Shown here: positions 25,332 to 38,520 of the stretch, in pieces
Layout of the letters: the number at the start of each line of letters is the position of its first letter
How positions within the stretch are numbered: the stretch's first letter is position 1
NCBI GenBank assembly: GCA_024679065.1
Contig: JAGIQG010000009.1
Span: forward strand, 100,006,001-100,070,000
Origin: Sphyrna mokarran
Lineage: Eukaryota
Reading direction: 5' to 3'
Length of the DNA: 64,000 nt
Notes under the pieces: model-generated
Seen by the model: only the letters and a program-made list of their open reading frames with translations
Database searches by the model: none
What the model was told of the DNA's origin: nothing
Translations under genes and position numbers: made by a program

Positions 25332-26102
25332 TATGGTGAGAGATCACCCGGAAAATTGAAGTCCGGAAGGAGCGGAGGAGGCAGTGGTCTGACCGGGGTC
25401 GAGAATCCCAAAGCCGGCATTCTGACGACAAGGTAAGCAGACTTGCATGCATGTAAATCCTTGTCGTCGGAAAAGGGATCTCGAGGTCCGGCATACCCGG
25501 TTCTCTGCCAATCATAGATCTCCCCTACTCAAAAGATACCCTGCGTGGATAAAATTGAATTGTGTAGAATTTTTGGGAGACTGAGTACGATTTGAAGGGT
25601 AGAGTTTTGCATGCAAAGCGTGTTATGAATGCTGTATTGTCTGTGAATTGGTAAAACGCGAGACAATGAAAAAGCAGAACGCTAACGGAAGCAATTAGGT
25701 TAGTCGAGCGGGTTGGAGCGGGATTCCAGGTTACAACTTGCCCAAGGAGAGTAAGTGTAGGAAGGCCTGCCAGTCCGAACTTACCCAGGACCTCGGATAA
25801 AGGACGTCAACCGAGAGAAGGAGATATCTGTGAGAGATTGATCTCCTACCTAATACAGTTGTACAGTTGTTAGGGTTACTAAAGCACAAATCAGTAGAGA
25901 AAGAGACAATTAGTTGGACGTGTGACAAAGGGCTGTAAGGGACCAGCCTGTGATGAATGGTTCAGAACAGCGGTGCAGGGATTGATGGTGAATGTGGGAC
26001 TCAGGACATACTCAGAATAGTGACGAACAGCTTAGAATAACTGCAGTAACAGATTCTTCTGAGCAGTAGTGTTCGCACACATTACCTAAAAAAAGAGAAC
26101 TA

Positions 26103-28513
26103 ATGAAAGCAGTTGGAGGAGAAGTTAGGGAGTGGCATAAAGGCGAAAAAGATGCTCTGTTGAGAAAGATTACACATATAATTAATTTGGATGAAGTAAG
26201 AAACGAGTGGCCCTACGTGAACTGGGAAGGAATAATAAGCAGAAATTGGATAAGTGAAACAATAACAGAGACGTTAATAGAATTAATAAAGGAACCCAGA
26301 TCGCGTAGGGCTTTAATACACATAGACGAACAAGTAAAGGCATATTATTCTTTAGCAAGAGAAAGAAGAATATTGCCAGGGAGAGGGAAAACAGGGAAGT
26401 GGATATCAGAACCCCGGTTAGAAGTACAGGTGATAGTAAGAGAAGCGCAGTGGGCGAGTGAACAGGGGATTGGTCAAGAAAACACAGTGTATTGCGTAAT
26501 AATAACTATAATACCAAATTCAGACAAATTAAACAACAGAATTCATAACAATAGTTCAAGAATACAGACAATGATAAGCAAGGCTAAAACACCAGTAGAA
26601 ATACTCGGGGATAAGTTTCCAGCCCTTAGAGGAGATATAGCATACATCTCCAAAAAATGGACTAAAAGAACAAACAAATCAAATACGCAATGGCCAGAAG
26701 GGGGCACATGGTGTGTGGAGAGATGCGAGGATCAGAAAGGATTATTGAAGAATTATAAAATAAAAGATAAATCTAAAAAAAGAAAAGAAAAGCGAGAAAA
26801 AGAACTGGAGATACTGGCATTGTTTGAAAAAGAAGGGAAAGAAAGGAGAAGGGTATGGAAGGGAGGTAGGATGCAAATGCCGGTGCAAGTTCAGGAAAAG
26901 GAGGGATTGAAAGACCCAAATGCAGCTCCACTTCCATATCCGGAGGAACGGAGGTCCACTGGGTTATATCCAATCATAACAGGTACAATGAATTTTGAAG
27001 GAGAGTATGATGTAAAACAAATAACAAAAGAAGAATAGGTAGCACAAGAGACAGAAAGGAGACAAAACATTGAGGAAGAAAGTAAAAAAGTAGAAGAGGA
27101 TTTGGACAAAGTCATCCAGATGAGACAACGGTTGGAAGAGGAAGTGAAGATGGTAGATGACCTAGAGTGGGCAAAGAAAGTAATGGAAAGGAAGGGAGAT
27201 GAGGAACAGGCAAATGAAGGTGGGTATGATAAAAGGGAAAATAGAAGGAAACAGGAAAGCGGGAGAAGAGACAGAAATGTAGGCGTAAAGGACAACTGGA
27301 AGCAAAAAGGGGACTGGGACTGGAAACGTCCAGGAAAAGGGAGACAGGAGGAAATAGAAAGAGAGACAGAGGGTGGTAGTGAAGAAGAAGGGGATTTATT
27401 GGCAGCATTAGCCCCACAGAGGAGGTCACTACGGGTAAGAAGACCACCAATAAAATACCCAAACGAAGAACAAAGAGAGGAAAATATATTCCCTATGGTT
27501 CTGAAGGGTAGCAGACTACAAGATATTCCCTGGTCAGGTCAGGACTTGCCTAATTTGATTAGTGAATTACCAAATATTCTGGATGGGGCCGGAAGGTAGA
27601 TTGGACAGTTGGAAGCTGGAATGGTGGGAAAGAGGATGGCACTGGGTGACATCAAAGCCCTCCTGGCAAAGGTGTTGGGAATGAATCAAATGACTGAAGT
27701 AGTGAGACTTGCAGGCATCCCTGCGGCAGCACTTGACCCAGATGTTGATGGAGTGCCAATAGACTTATATCGCCGTGACATTTGGCAGGCACTAAGAGGC
27801 ATGTACCCCAATCGAGTGGACATGAAAACACTGAAGGGGGAGCCATTGGGTGAGGAAGAAAATGCGGCCACATATGTAGAAAAACAGCTGAAAAGATGGA
27901 GAAGGGACACTGAGAGGGACATTCTGACAGATTCACTGATCAATTCCATGTTCCGAGCAGCAATTTTAGAGGGTCTACTGACTTCAGCTAAGTCTAGATT
28001 GGAGGAAATGGTAGGCCTGGAGTCAAAAAGCTATAGAGAATTCTTAGACCATGTCATCCACGCGGTAGAAAGACACTGCAAGGAGGAAAAGAATGCAGAC
28101 AAGCCGCTGAAAGATGTACAGTGCAAACGTCTCCAAGCTGAGTTGGAGAAATTAAAAACAAAGAAAAGCAGAAATTAAAAGAGGATTCCACACCCAAGAA
28201 AATTGCACTGATGGTGGCTGACCTAATGATCGGAGAGATACCCATACTACCGCAAGGGAGAAGTGGAGGGGGAAGTCAGCCCATCATAACCTATAACATT
28301 TCTGGTTTCCCACTGTCCATGACTCCAGGAGGTTACAATCCAAATTACCAAAATAATTGGAAGCCCCAGAACCAAAATAACTGGAATGGGAAAGGACAGG
28401 GGCAGGGAAGTGGTAGACTACCCTATCAGAACCAGAAGGGACAAAGTCAAGGAAATAATCAAGGTCAGAAACAGGGACCGCCACCTGGTCCTCCAGGTGT
28501 ATGTTGTGGGTAA
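26103..28513 (+). pseudogene. gag: ERV gag, interrupted, with an N-terminal extension
   Basis: MA-like WPEGGTW, late-domain-like PLPYP, capsid IPWSGQDL..LISELP, and a Gln/Gly-rich NC ending at a truncated knuckle (GVCCG). Stops at 27036 and 27597, frameshift near 28180. Confidence 0.9.
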
Positions 28514-30894
28514 CAGGGAAACAGGATTTGCAACATCAGTGCTGATGCAGGAAAGTTGTAAAGGCAGGAAAAGGCAGGCCATAACTTATTACAGCACCAA
28601 GCTAGACAATGTGGCTATGGGATACCCCCCGTGTTACCAAGGCCTGGCAGCAGCCTGGTGGGCATATGAAAAAGCAGCCGTGGTCACGATGGGATATCCA
28701 ATAAACATACATGTATACAATAAGGTAGCTGAACTAATCGAACAGGGGAGATTTGTACTGATGCCTGCCAGAATCCATCACTACCGGATGCTGACCACTT
28801 TTCCAGATATTACGATAGTGAGATGTAACAGGGTTAATCCAGCTGACTATATACCATTACCTCATGAAGGAGAGGAGCATGAGTGTGTAAGAGAAGCAAA
28901 AACATTCATAAAACTAAGAAAAGACTTAAAAGCAGAAAAACTAGACACAGAAAGGAAAAGAGTATTATATGTTGATGGCTCGTGCTACAGGGATCATGTA
29001 GGAAACCATGCAGGGTATGCTATAATCGAACAGAAAGGGGAGACATATGAAGTGTTAGAGGCAGAAAAGTGTGAGCAACCCTGCTCAGCCCATTTAGCAG
29101 AACTCAAAGCATTGACCAGAGCATGCGAGTTGACAGAAGGGGAAATAGTGGAGGTATATACGGATTCAGCTTATGTGCATGGGGTGTGCCACCTATTTGG
29201 AGCAATATAGAGACAGAGGGGATTCATAAAAAGTGGAGGAGGACCAATACAGCACAAAAGTCAAATAAAAACATTAATACGAGCAATGATGGGTCCAAAA
29301 GAATTGGCCATAATCAAATGCCAGGCGCATGAAAAGGGAAAGGATAATGTTACCAAGGGAAATGCTAAAGCTGATGAGGTAGCCAAATAAGTATCAGGAT
29401 GCATCATGACCGCAATAGCCCCAGTCGAGGTGAGACTACACCTAGGACCAGGGATGGGGAGCGTAGATCCCCAACACATCCTAGAAGATGTGGTGCAGTT
29501 ACAGGAGGAAGCCACGATAGCTGAAAAATCAGTGTGGAAAGATAGACGAGCAGTGCAGGGTCAACATGATAGAGTGTGGAGAAACGGGGAAGGGCTGGTC
29601 GTAGCGCCTACATCATTACTAACCTTACTATTCAGCGAAGCACACGGAGTCGATCACTGTGTAAGGGGGGAAGGTGACCAGAAAAATAAAGAAGGAAGGA
29701 TTCTGGTCACCTTACCTGCAGAATTCAATTGATTATATGTTAAGTCAGTGTGAGGTATGTGCCCAGAATAACATCAGGAAAGGTATAACTGCTCCTATAG
29801 GGCACATAGCAATTCCTGAAGGGCCGTTTAAGCACCTATGCATGGATTATGCAGACATGGGGAAATCAGTGAGAGGAAAGAGATATATGTTGGTGATAAT
29901 TGACAGATTCAGCAGATGGATAGAAGCAACACCATCCAAAGACCAAGGGTCTGGAACGGTAATTAACTTCCTGTCAAAAGAGATCATTCCAAGATTTGGC
30001 GTACCCACTCAATTGAGTTCAGACAATGGATCCGCATTTATCGGAAGGGTACTGAGAGAAACTCTCTCAGCACTACAGATAAAGCAGAAGTTTGGTTGTG
30101 TGTACCATCCCCAGTCTCAAGGAATGGTGGAGAGGGCAAACGGGACCCTCAAGGCCAAAATAAGTAAAATTTGCAGTGAGACAGGGAAAAATTGGATTGA
30201 TGCCCTGCCACTAGCACTAAAGCAATGCAGAAGTCAAGAAAACAGAACCACGCATTTAAGTCCACATGAAACGATGACATGAAGTGTAATGCCGGTACCA
30301 AAAATTAGGGGATCGGGAGGTCCTACACTAGAACGTTTAGATCAAAGCACAAAAGAATATATACAACAATTAACTATTATACACAGAACTATATTTGAAC
30401 ACGAGAAAGCCAAGGAGGAGGGGAATCCGGTGGCAGAACACCAGATCAAACCTGGAGATCGCGTGTATATCAGAAAGTTCCGGAGGCGCTGGGATGAACC
30501 CAGGAGAGAAGGACCATTTGAAGTTATCCAAGTCTCTCCTACGGCTGTGCAAGTAGAAGGCAGTACACTGTGGTATCATTTAAATCATTGTACCAAAACA
30601 GTATCAGAGATAGAGATTGATGAGAGAGCTGAAAGTACCGAAAGCCTGGACAGGAGTAGCGATGAGGAGGAAGGAGAGCCAGGGGAAGGTCCTTCTAGCC
30701 AAACACAGGGTCAGGATAGGAATGCAGAAATTGAAGGTAGTAAGAACGATTTTATGTCTCAGTTGGTTGATGATCCAAATGTCCAGCCTGATGCCCTTGG
30801 CCAAGGCTCAGGAGGTAATGGGGAAAGAGCAGAAGCCTCTTTTCCCACCTGGGACTTGGGGACCAACTCCCTCCCAGACTTTCTTGACCTGTAA
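28514..30894 (+). pseudogene. pol: ERV pol: connection/RNase H and integrase only
   Basis: YYSTKLDNVAMGYPPC; RNase H YVDGS..AELKAL..YTDSAY; integrase H2C2 and core MDY..IDRFSRW..SDNGSAF..YHPQSQGMVERAN; GPF motif. Contains stops and a frameshift. No protease or YxDD motif. Confidence 0.95.
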
Positions 30895-31089
30895 CAGGGA
30901 GAAACAGAATGCAGAAAGCCCACAATTAAGGTTAAAAGAAAATAAGAACGTATTGAGATTAAAAGTGCAAGAACCCTTAGGCAGAATACTAAGAGAAAGA
31001 AAAAACAAGATGCTTGAAAAAGATATTAGCCCACCAAGGCGGATGGGTCATAAGAGATCAATAGACGCAACCGCAATCTGAGTTCGGTC

Positions 31090-31445
31090 ATGAGATTTTG
31101 GACTGGCTAGACAGTACGCTAGGGAAAGGGGGAGCATGGCTTGCTAGAGCAGGAATTATAGCAGTAGTTATACTACTCATTGTGGGATTAATGACTTGCT
31201 GTTTTTTGCCTGTTCTGAGATCTCTCGTAACTAGACTGATGGCGCGACAAATGGTGACCGGAATGAGTTGTGATCAACCTATCGATACAGAAACAGAGGA
31301 GTGGGAAGATGTCGAGTTGCCCCCACTGAATGGACTCACAATAACTATGATCGAAGACGAGGTGCAGTGCCCTGCGAAAATGACGCCACCCAAGTGTTGC
31401 CCTACCGAAGTGATAACAACATACCGGTGCCCTGTTAAGACCTGA
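31090..31445 (+). pseudogene. env: ERV env remnant (membrane anchor and cytoplasmic tail)
   Basis: DWLDSTLGKGGAWLARAGIIAVVILLIVGLMTCCFLPVLRSLV is typical of a class I TM C-terminus. SU and the TM ectodomain are absent. Confidence 0.85.
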
Positions 31446-31726
31446 GAACTTAGTCTATACACAGTTATTGGTCATTTTCCCTTCTCTAGTCAACAGTGAG
31501 AAGGTTTTTGGCTGATGACTGTTAGGCATAGGTAATCTGGGGGAGCAACCTATAATCAGAACATTGATAGATAAGTCATAATAAAGTTAGAATAGGGACA
31601 TTGATCCCTGACCCAAATACTTGGCTCCTCCACATTTCCTACTAAACCTACAGGGGCACACGTACATATAGCTTGAGAATGTAATCATGTAGGGTGGTAT
31701 TTTTGGGTGAGACTCGGAGGAGCCTC

Positions 31727-31737
31727 AAAGGGGGGAA
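31727..31737 (+). promoter_or_regulatory. Polypurine tract
   Basis: aaaggggggaa immediately before the 3' LTR. Confidence 0.9.
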
Positions 31738-32388
31738 TGTAAGAGAATATTTGTAGTAGCAGCAGTAAAATGTGAACTACAGTCTCATCAACATGCGATG
31801 GGCAGGATGTTGAAATACAATGAGCCCAGTATGTTAATTAATGTAATTGAATGTATGGTGGCTAATGTGATAGAATCAGGAATGGTAAGCATTTATTAAA
31901 CATTGAGTGTAAGCAACTGTAGGCAGTTAAACCTTGAGAAACAATGGTCACACTATGGCCCAGAAAACAGGGATGGAGTACATATATTCTCTTTGTCACT
32001 TAGTTTAAAGTCTAGATAAGCCACCATTGTGTATAAACAACGTTAATGGGGTGAGGGCAAAGGTCGGAACTGTCGTATAAACAAACTGGTTTCACAGGGT
32101 AGTAAATACATCGATTAGTGACCACTCCACGACAAAGTAAATTATTAGCAGAGCCAGCACTAATGGTGGTTAAAGATAAGCCAGCCTTGAGGATTAGATA
32201 AGAATCTCAGGGTATGTATCTGCAAACTGTATAAGACAAGCTGTAAGTGAGCATTTCACTGAAGTGTTCCGGACATCCCGGCTTTATTCTCGTGTGCTGG
32301 AGAATAAAGTCTTACTACCTGGAAAATCAAGGCTCAGACTCTCATGTAATAAGCTAAAAGTGCATTGTCGTCCTGGGGAACCACGACA
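31738..32388 (+). repeat. ERV 3' LTR (651 bp)
   Basis: Direct repeat of 24660-25310. Confidence 0.97.
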
Positions 32389-32392
32389 ATAT

Positions 32393-33510
32393 CTACTTCA
32401 GTCATAATTTGAGAAAGGTGGATTATGAGTTGAATAGGGTGTAAGTTGATTCAGGCATGCTCGTGCATCGGGCACTGAAAGTAAGCATGTACATAGAACA
32501 TAGAACATAAAACATTACAGCACAGAACAGGCCCTTCGGCCTTCGATGTTGCGCCGACCAATATAAAAAGCAATGCCCCTCCAAACTAAACCATTCCCTT
32601 CTCTTCCATATACTTATCAACTAACCTCTTAAACGCCACCAAACTTGGCGCATCTACAACTGCTGCAGGCAGGGCATTCCACTCCCGAACCACCCTTTGG
32701 GTAAAGAACCTACCTCTGATATCCGTCCTACAACTATCACCCCTTAATTTAAAGCTGTGTCCCCTCGTGCCAACTTTCTCCATCCTAGGAAAAAGGCTAT
32801 CACTGTCCACCCTATCTAAACCTCTAATCATCTTATATGTTTCAATAAGGTCCCCTCTTAGCCGCAAAGGTAGAGGTAGAGCAATCATGTGGGTAGAGCA
32901 ATCAATAAAAAGGGCAATATGCAACTTTTTTGGCCTTCCATAAGGAAGGCAAATATACGGAAAGGGATAAATTACTGTAATTTCATGGGGCATTGGTAAA
33001 GCCACGCTTGCAGTATTGTGTTCAGCTTCCGTGTACGTACTTGAGGAATGTTTTTTTTTAATGTAATGTTCGTGCAATGAACAAAGTTAATTGTGGCGCT
33101 GGCATCATTGTCAGATGAGGATAAACTTCGTAGTTTAGACAGGTCAGTGGGAATCTCATGGAAACTTGAACAATCCTGACACATTTGGACAAGAAAGATT
33201 CAGGTTGTTCACAATAGTAGGGGAGTGCAGAAATACGGGTCATGGGATGAGGACAATGGACTCAACATTGTAGGATTGTGTTTAGGCAAAGACAATGTCT
33301 TCACTACAAATAATTGAATCGATGGACTTTACTTACACGGACATAATTCAGAATAAAATGCTGTACGATTTCAAGAAAGAATTAGGTATATCTTTTATAG
33401 CTGAAAAAAATCAAAGGATGAGGAAAAGGCTGGATCAGAGTAATGAATTTCTGATCAGCCATGATCATAATGATCATGATCATTGGAGCAGGCTCAAAGG
33501 GACAAATTCT
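32393..33510 (+). mobile_element. Old CR1 LINE, right part
   Basis: Continues the CR1 broken at 24659 (cactgaaagtaagcatg; ggtaaagccacgcttgcagtattgtgttcag). A younger CR1 interrupts it. Confidence 0.75.
32491..32865 (-). mobile_element. Young CR1/HER1-like LINE 3' end
   Basis: RLRGDLIETYKMIRGLDRVD...KYMEEKGMV, near-identical to 11530-11898. Confidence 0.95.
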
Positions 33511-33929
33511 GCTAATCTGTTTTATTTTATATCTTTGAAATCTTATTAAGTTTGGTGGAATAGCCTGAAGCCACTTCATTTTCTGCGGCTGAGATGGACA
33601 GGTAGGTATCGGAACATATATGAGAAAAACAGTAAACATTGACGGTCATTTCATGGACGCTGATTACAGGAAAACATTCACACATACCACAGATCGGCAT
33701 GCAAATGTAAATTGTCAGGATATCTGGGTGTATATTTGGAGAGAGACGACGTTAATCTTTAGTTCGATAAGTTTACTGAAACACTGTTTAGACAAAATGT
33801 CACAGACCTGAAGTTATGTGCGACGTCTTAAGGAAACCCCGCAGATAATGTTGGCCATGATTTCGTGCATATTGTTCGTTCAAAATCACCTGTGGCAGAT
33901 TGCTTTGAATCAGGTACTGTTCCAAATCG

Positions 33930-34630
33930 AAATTATCAGAATCCTCTCTATCATATAACTGCGCTAACCATCCAAGAACAAGTGGTCTGGCGTGAGTATA
34001 CACCCACGAGCTGGATTTTCCTTTTTAAGCCAAACCTGCCCACCAACGGCCATCTCGATAGGAATAATGTCCAGCTTATATCAATGCCGTCTTCTTGCAA
34101 CAACACAATCACCCAGTATCCAATTATCAAATCACCCTGCCCACCCCGACAGCAAACTTTCTACTTAGTTATGTGCTCTTTTCTTTTAGGAAACAAGTAA
34201 ATACTAAAACGCACCATAGATCGTCAGGTATCATTTACTTACGAAACTAAGACTTTATCACTCAACATCTAAAACGTATACCCAATTAACACGTCACACA
34301 AGCAACTAGCTAATCGCAGCACTCAACTATCAAAGAAGCAATACATTCAATTCACATTTCTACATACTAAACTTTCACCCACTCTCCCACATCACGTCTC
34401 ATTCTCATGAATTATTTTACATAAATGCGTATATTACTGCATTATCCCACTTCCTACTTAATTTCGATCATGTAAAAAGAACCAGCTAGATACCTATTAC
34501 TTTTATACTACAAATATAACAAACTAACTTCTCTGGACGAATTACATCCCGACGGACTCGCATAACAGCCTACATGCGTTTATATGCGCCTCCAAAGCCT
34601 CTTACACGATTGCAAAAGTAACCACTCAAA
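33930..34630. repeat. G-poor, C/A-rich tract
   Basis: Same composition and polarity as the other tracts. Confidence 0.55.
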
Positions 34631-34899
34631 TACGTTTTCTTAAAAAAAAGTGTTTGTGGGTTTTTCATGTCGCTGTCCAAGCCAATATTCACTATCCGTC
34701 ACTAATTGCAATTCAATTAGTTGTGAAAATAAATGTAAACGTGTATGGTATTTTCGTGATAATGGAGGCACTGATGGATGGTGACCAGAAATGGGATTTT
34801 CCATTATTTAGGCAGGAGACACTAAAAAAGAGAAGACGCACGAATTGCATCTCTGGTTTAAGTGGAAATCAATGCAGTGTTGCAGAAAATTAATAGCGC

Positions 34900-37800
34900 T
34901 AATAACTTGGGATGTAAATAAACAGAGCTGAGAAACACGTAAGAAATACATTTGCGGAAGATACACTTCGATCCCAAAGTATAGTGGCGATTTGGGAATG
35001 GCATTTTAAACAGAAAATTATAAACTGGTGCAATAAAGGATTATCTGCAATTATTGTGACAGGAATCCGGATATAGATTGGGAAAATCAAATTAATCACA
35101 TTACAATGGTGGATGAATTCCTAGTGCTTCGGGAATTATTCCTTGGAATAAAAAAAATACGCTGAGAAGCCAGTCAGAGAACAAATCATCGTAGACCAGG
35201 TATTATTAATGAGAAAGAAAACAATTCATATAGCAAACGGACTGTGTCAGCCACTTTGTGGATAAGAGAAAATATTATGATATAGTTCTTCATCCAGAGG
35301 GAGGAGGGAGAATAAGCCAATTGATTCTGAGTCAGTAGGCATGAATCCTAATAAATGAAACTGCGACTGTATGAAGTTCCAATTAGCGATGATTGTAAAT
35401 GTTACCTGAAAGGATGATGGCGGACTGGCAATAGTAAACATGCAAAGAATGCATTCGTGGATTGCAACAGAGAATAAGTCTTGTGTGGTGCAAATTTGGG
35501 GAAAAAAGCCGATCTATGGCTTGCAATCTAAATAAGATATGTTACCAGATCCAAACAAGGGATATACACATTCACCAAAACTGAACACTGGCAGTTCAAG
35601 TGTTGTATCATTCGGCAAAACAGGTCCAAGACATTGATTAAGGAGGATGACATAGGGCATGAGAGTAAGTTTATGTTCTGTGCAAAAAAAAGCTGACTGC
35701 AAAATTTGCGAAATGTATTTGAAGTGAATGCAATACTGAAATGGACAAATGCAGGTCATTTTTCTTGGGCAGAACCTGAATGGGACGGGGTAAGGCCAAG
35801 GCCGGGGGCGGGCCTTTACCGGTGTGTGTTCTGTAAGGGACAGTCTGACACTTTTGAAAGGAGTTTTGTTCCAGATAATGTTCAATTCTCTATGTCCTTT
35901 CTTCCTGCTCCACATTACCAACGACTATAAATTTTACGAACCATAAGCCACAAAAATTACACAGAAGCACCGTTGTGACGTACAACATCAGCTCGAATGC
36001 CAAGAAATAAAATACATAAAATTAAAGAAAAGGTGGGGGAATGGCACTGCTCGATAAAGAATAAATTAACATAACAAGAGAAAGGTTGAGGGTAGCGAGT
36101 TTCACTTCAGTTGAATGGCATGATCTGTGCCGGCTTCGCGGGCCGAACAGCTTGGTTCTTGTACACAATTATTTTCTTTGTCCTTTTTTTAGCTATTAGC
36201 TCCGAAAACGTGGAATCTCTATTGGTAAAGTTGAAAAATACTAATAGACAAAAGGAATCATTTGCTGGTGTTATGTACAAACCTCCAATCTTTCGTGGTG
36301 ACGTTGGGATGTCATTAAATACAAAATTCGAGATTTATGTGATCAGGGAATATTGGCGATCCTGGGTGATTTTAGTCTGCACTTAGATTGTGTAAACCAA
36401 ATTAGTCATAATGGGTTTCTTGAACAATATATGGAGGAACTGACTAGGGAGCAGGCCATCTTTGTCTGGGTCTGTTTAATGAGAAGAGAATCATTGCCAA
36501 TCCAGCAGGTTGAGATCCTTTAGGGATGATTTAACACAACATTGCAGAATTGTAAATCAAGATGGAGATTTGATCAAGATAAATCAAAATCAGAGAGCAG
36601 CTGATTCAGAAACTGGGGTGCTGAATCTTTATAAAGAAAACCATGATGATATAAGGGGTGATTTGACCTTGATAGATGGAAGATATACTTAAAAGGATGA
36701 CTGTGGATAGGCGATGTGAAGCATTCAATGAATTCATAGGAGACCAACAACAGCTGTTTATTCTTGTCTGACACAAAAACAAAAGGGGTAAGGAAGCCAA
36801 TGCATGACTTACAAAGGGAAATAGAGAGAATATCCGATCCAAGGAACAGACATATGGATAGGCCAAGAAAAATGAGAAGTCTGAGGATTGAGAACAGTTT
36901 AGAATTTAGCAAAGAAGGACAAAGTGATTGATTAAAATGGAGAAAATACAGTATGAAAGTGACTTGCAGGGATCATAAGGACTGAAACTAAGAGTTTCTA
37001 TACAAACATGAAGGCAAAGATTTGGTGACGACAAGCGTAAACCCTCTATTGACAGAGCCGGAGGAATGCATATTGGGGAACAAGTTAATTACTCAGCAAC
37101 CAAATACATATTTTAGTTCAATCTTCAAAGAGAGCACACAAATTGATTCCAGAAATTTGAAGAATGCAAAATTTAGCTGGAGAGAAGCACTGAGGAAGAT
37201 CAATGTTTCCAGATGAATGGTGCTCAGAAAATTGTTGGGATTGAAGCCGAACAAATTCTCAGGGCTGCTAATATACATGTCAGAATACATAAGCAATTGG
37301 CTCTCAAAATATTAGATTCATCAGTGGTCATCTTCCAGGATTCGATAGAGTTTTGAACAGTGCCCACAGATCGGAATTTAGTAAATATCACTCCAGTATT
37401 CAAAATAAAAGGTCCAGAGAAAACAGAGAATTATAGACCACTAAGCTGAATATTGGTAGTGAGGAACTTTCTCGAATCTATTATCAATGATTTATAGCAG
37501 AACATTTAGAATGCAGTGCTGGGGAACACAGAATCAGCATGGATTCCCGAAGGGAGAAATAATGCTGACAAATCTATTCGCATTCTTTTAAGATCCTGAA
37601 CATTGGTGGCTCAAGTATTGTATCATTTGGCAAGGTCCAAGACATTATTAAGGAGGATGACATAGAGCATGAGAGTAAGCTCTTCAGTGGCTGTAGTTTG
37701 GAAGGGAGTGTGCGCAGCGAGACCTGGATATCCTTGTGCAGCAGTCCTTCAAGGTAAGTGTGTACACGTGCAGCAGGTGGCAATGGAGGCAAATGGTAGT

Positions 37801-38520
37801 TGTCCAAATTTGAGAGAGGTTGTGGGTAGAGGAGCCACGATATGTTGTGGCAATTATTCAGGACATTTGAAAGGCCACACCTAGGATATTCTCATAGAAG
37901 CCTAGAATCCCTACTGTCAAGAAGGCGGCCATTCCGCCAATAGATTCTGCAGTGAAGATAGTTGCGCATTGCCTGCAGTTGTGTTCTTATTTTTTGAAGA
38001 AAAATGTTCTTGTGCCTGAGGGAATACAGGGAAGATTTACCAGGATGATTCCGGGCATGGCGGAACTGAGGTCTGAGTAGATTGACCAGGTTAGCATTGT
38101 TTTCGCTGATGTTCAGACAAATGAGCGGGAATTTTATAGAAACATACTCAATTCTAACAGGATTATTGAGGATGTATGCGATGAGGATGTTTCCAATGGT
38201 GTGTGAGTCCAGAACGAGAGCTCACAGATAGAGAATTTGAGCTAGGCTGTTTAGGACGGAGCTAAGGAGATATTTCTTCACCCAGAATCTGGTGAGATTG
38301 TGGAGTTCATCACCACAGGAAGTAGTTGCTAAAATACTGAATGTACTCAAGAGAGGGCGAGATATAGCACGTGGGGCGGAAAGGGATCAAATATTATGGG
38401 GAAAATGAAAGATTGGCCTATTGAGTTGGACGGTTATTCATGATTGTATTGAATGGCAACATAGTCTCCAAGGACCAAATCGCCTACCCCCATGCTCCTA
38501 ACTTCTATGTCTTTACGTAA
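34900..38520 (+). mobile_element. Decayed CR1 LINE fragments (APE-RT-3' UTR), fragmented
   Basis: VESLLVKLKN..GVMYKPP, aattatagacca (NYRP), cagcatggattc (QHGF) and a 3' UTR ending near 38510. Confidence 0.8.

Larger units (their letters stand above)
24660..32388 (+). mobile_element. Endogenous retrovirus (epsilon/gamma-like class I), internally deleted provirus
   Basis: Paired LTRs, PBS, PPT, gag, RNase H, integrase and env TM remnants. The flanks ttat/atat form a 4-bp TSD with one mismatch. Confidence 0.97.

Noticed and set aside
27597-29210. APOBEC-type hypermutation of the ERV (two apparent TGG>TAG stops)
   Set aside because: Only two events, and the LTR differences are of mixed types, so the evidence is insufficient.
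37690-37760. Splice donor AAG|GTAAGT as a host exon end
   Set aside because: The sequence matches CR1 ORF2 (cagtcactgaaagtaagc-like).
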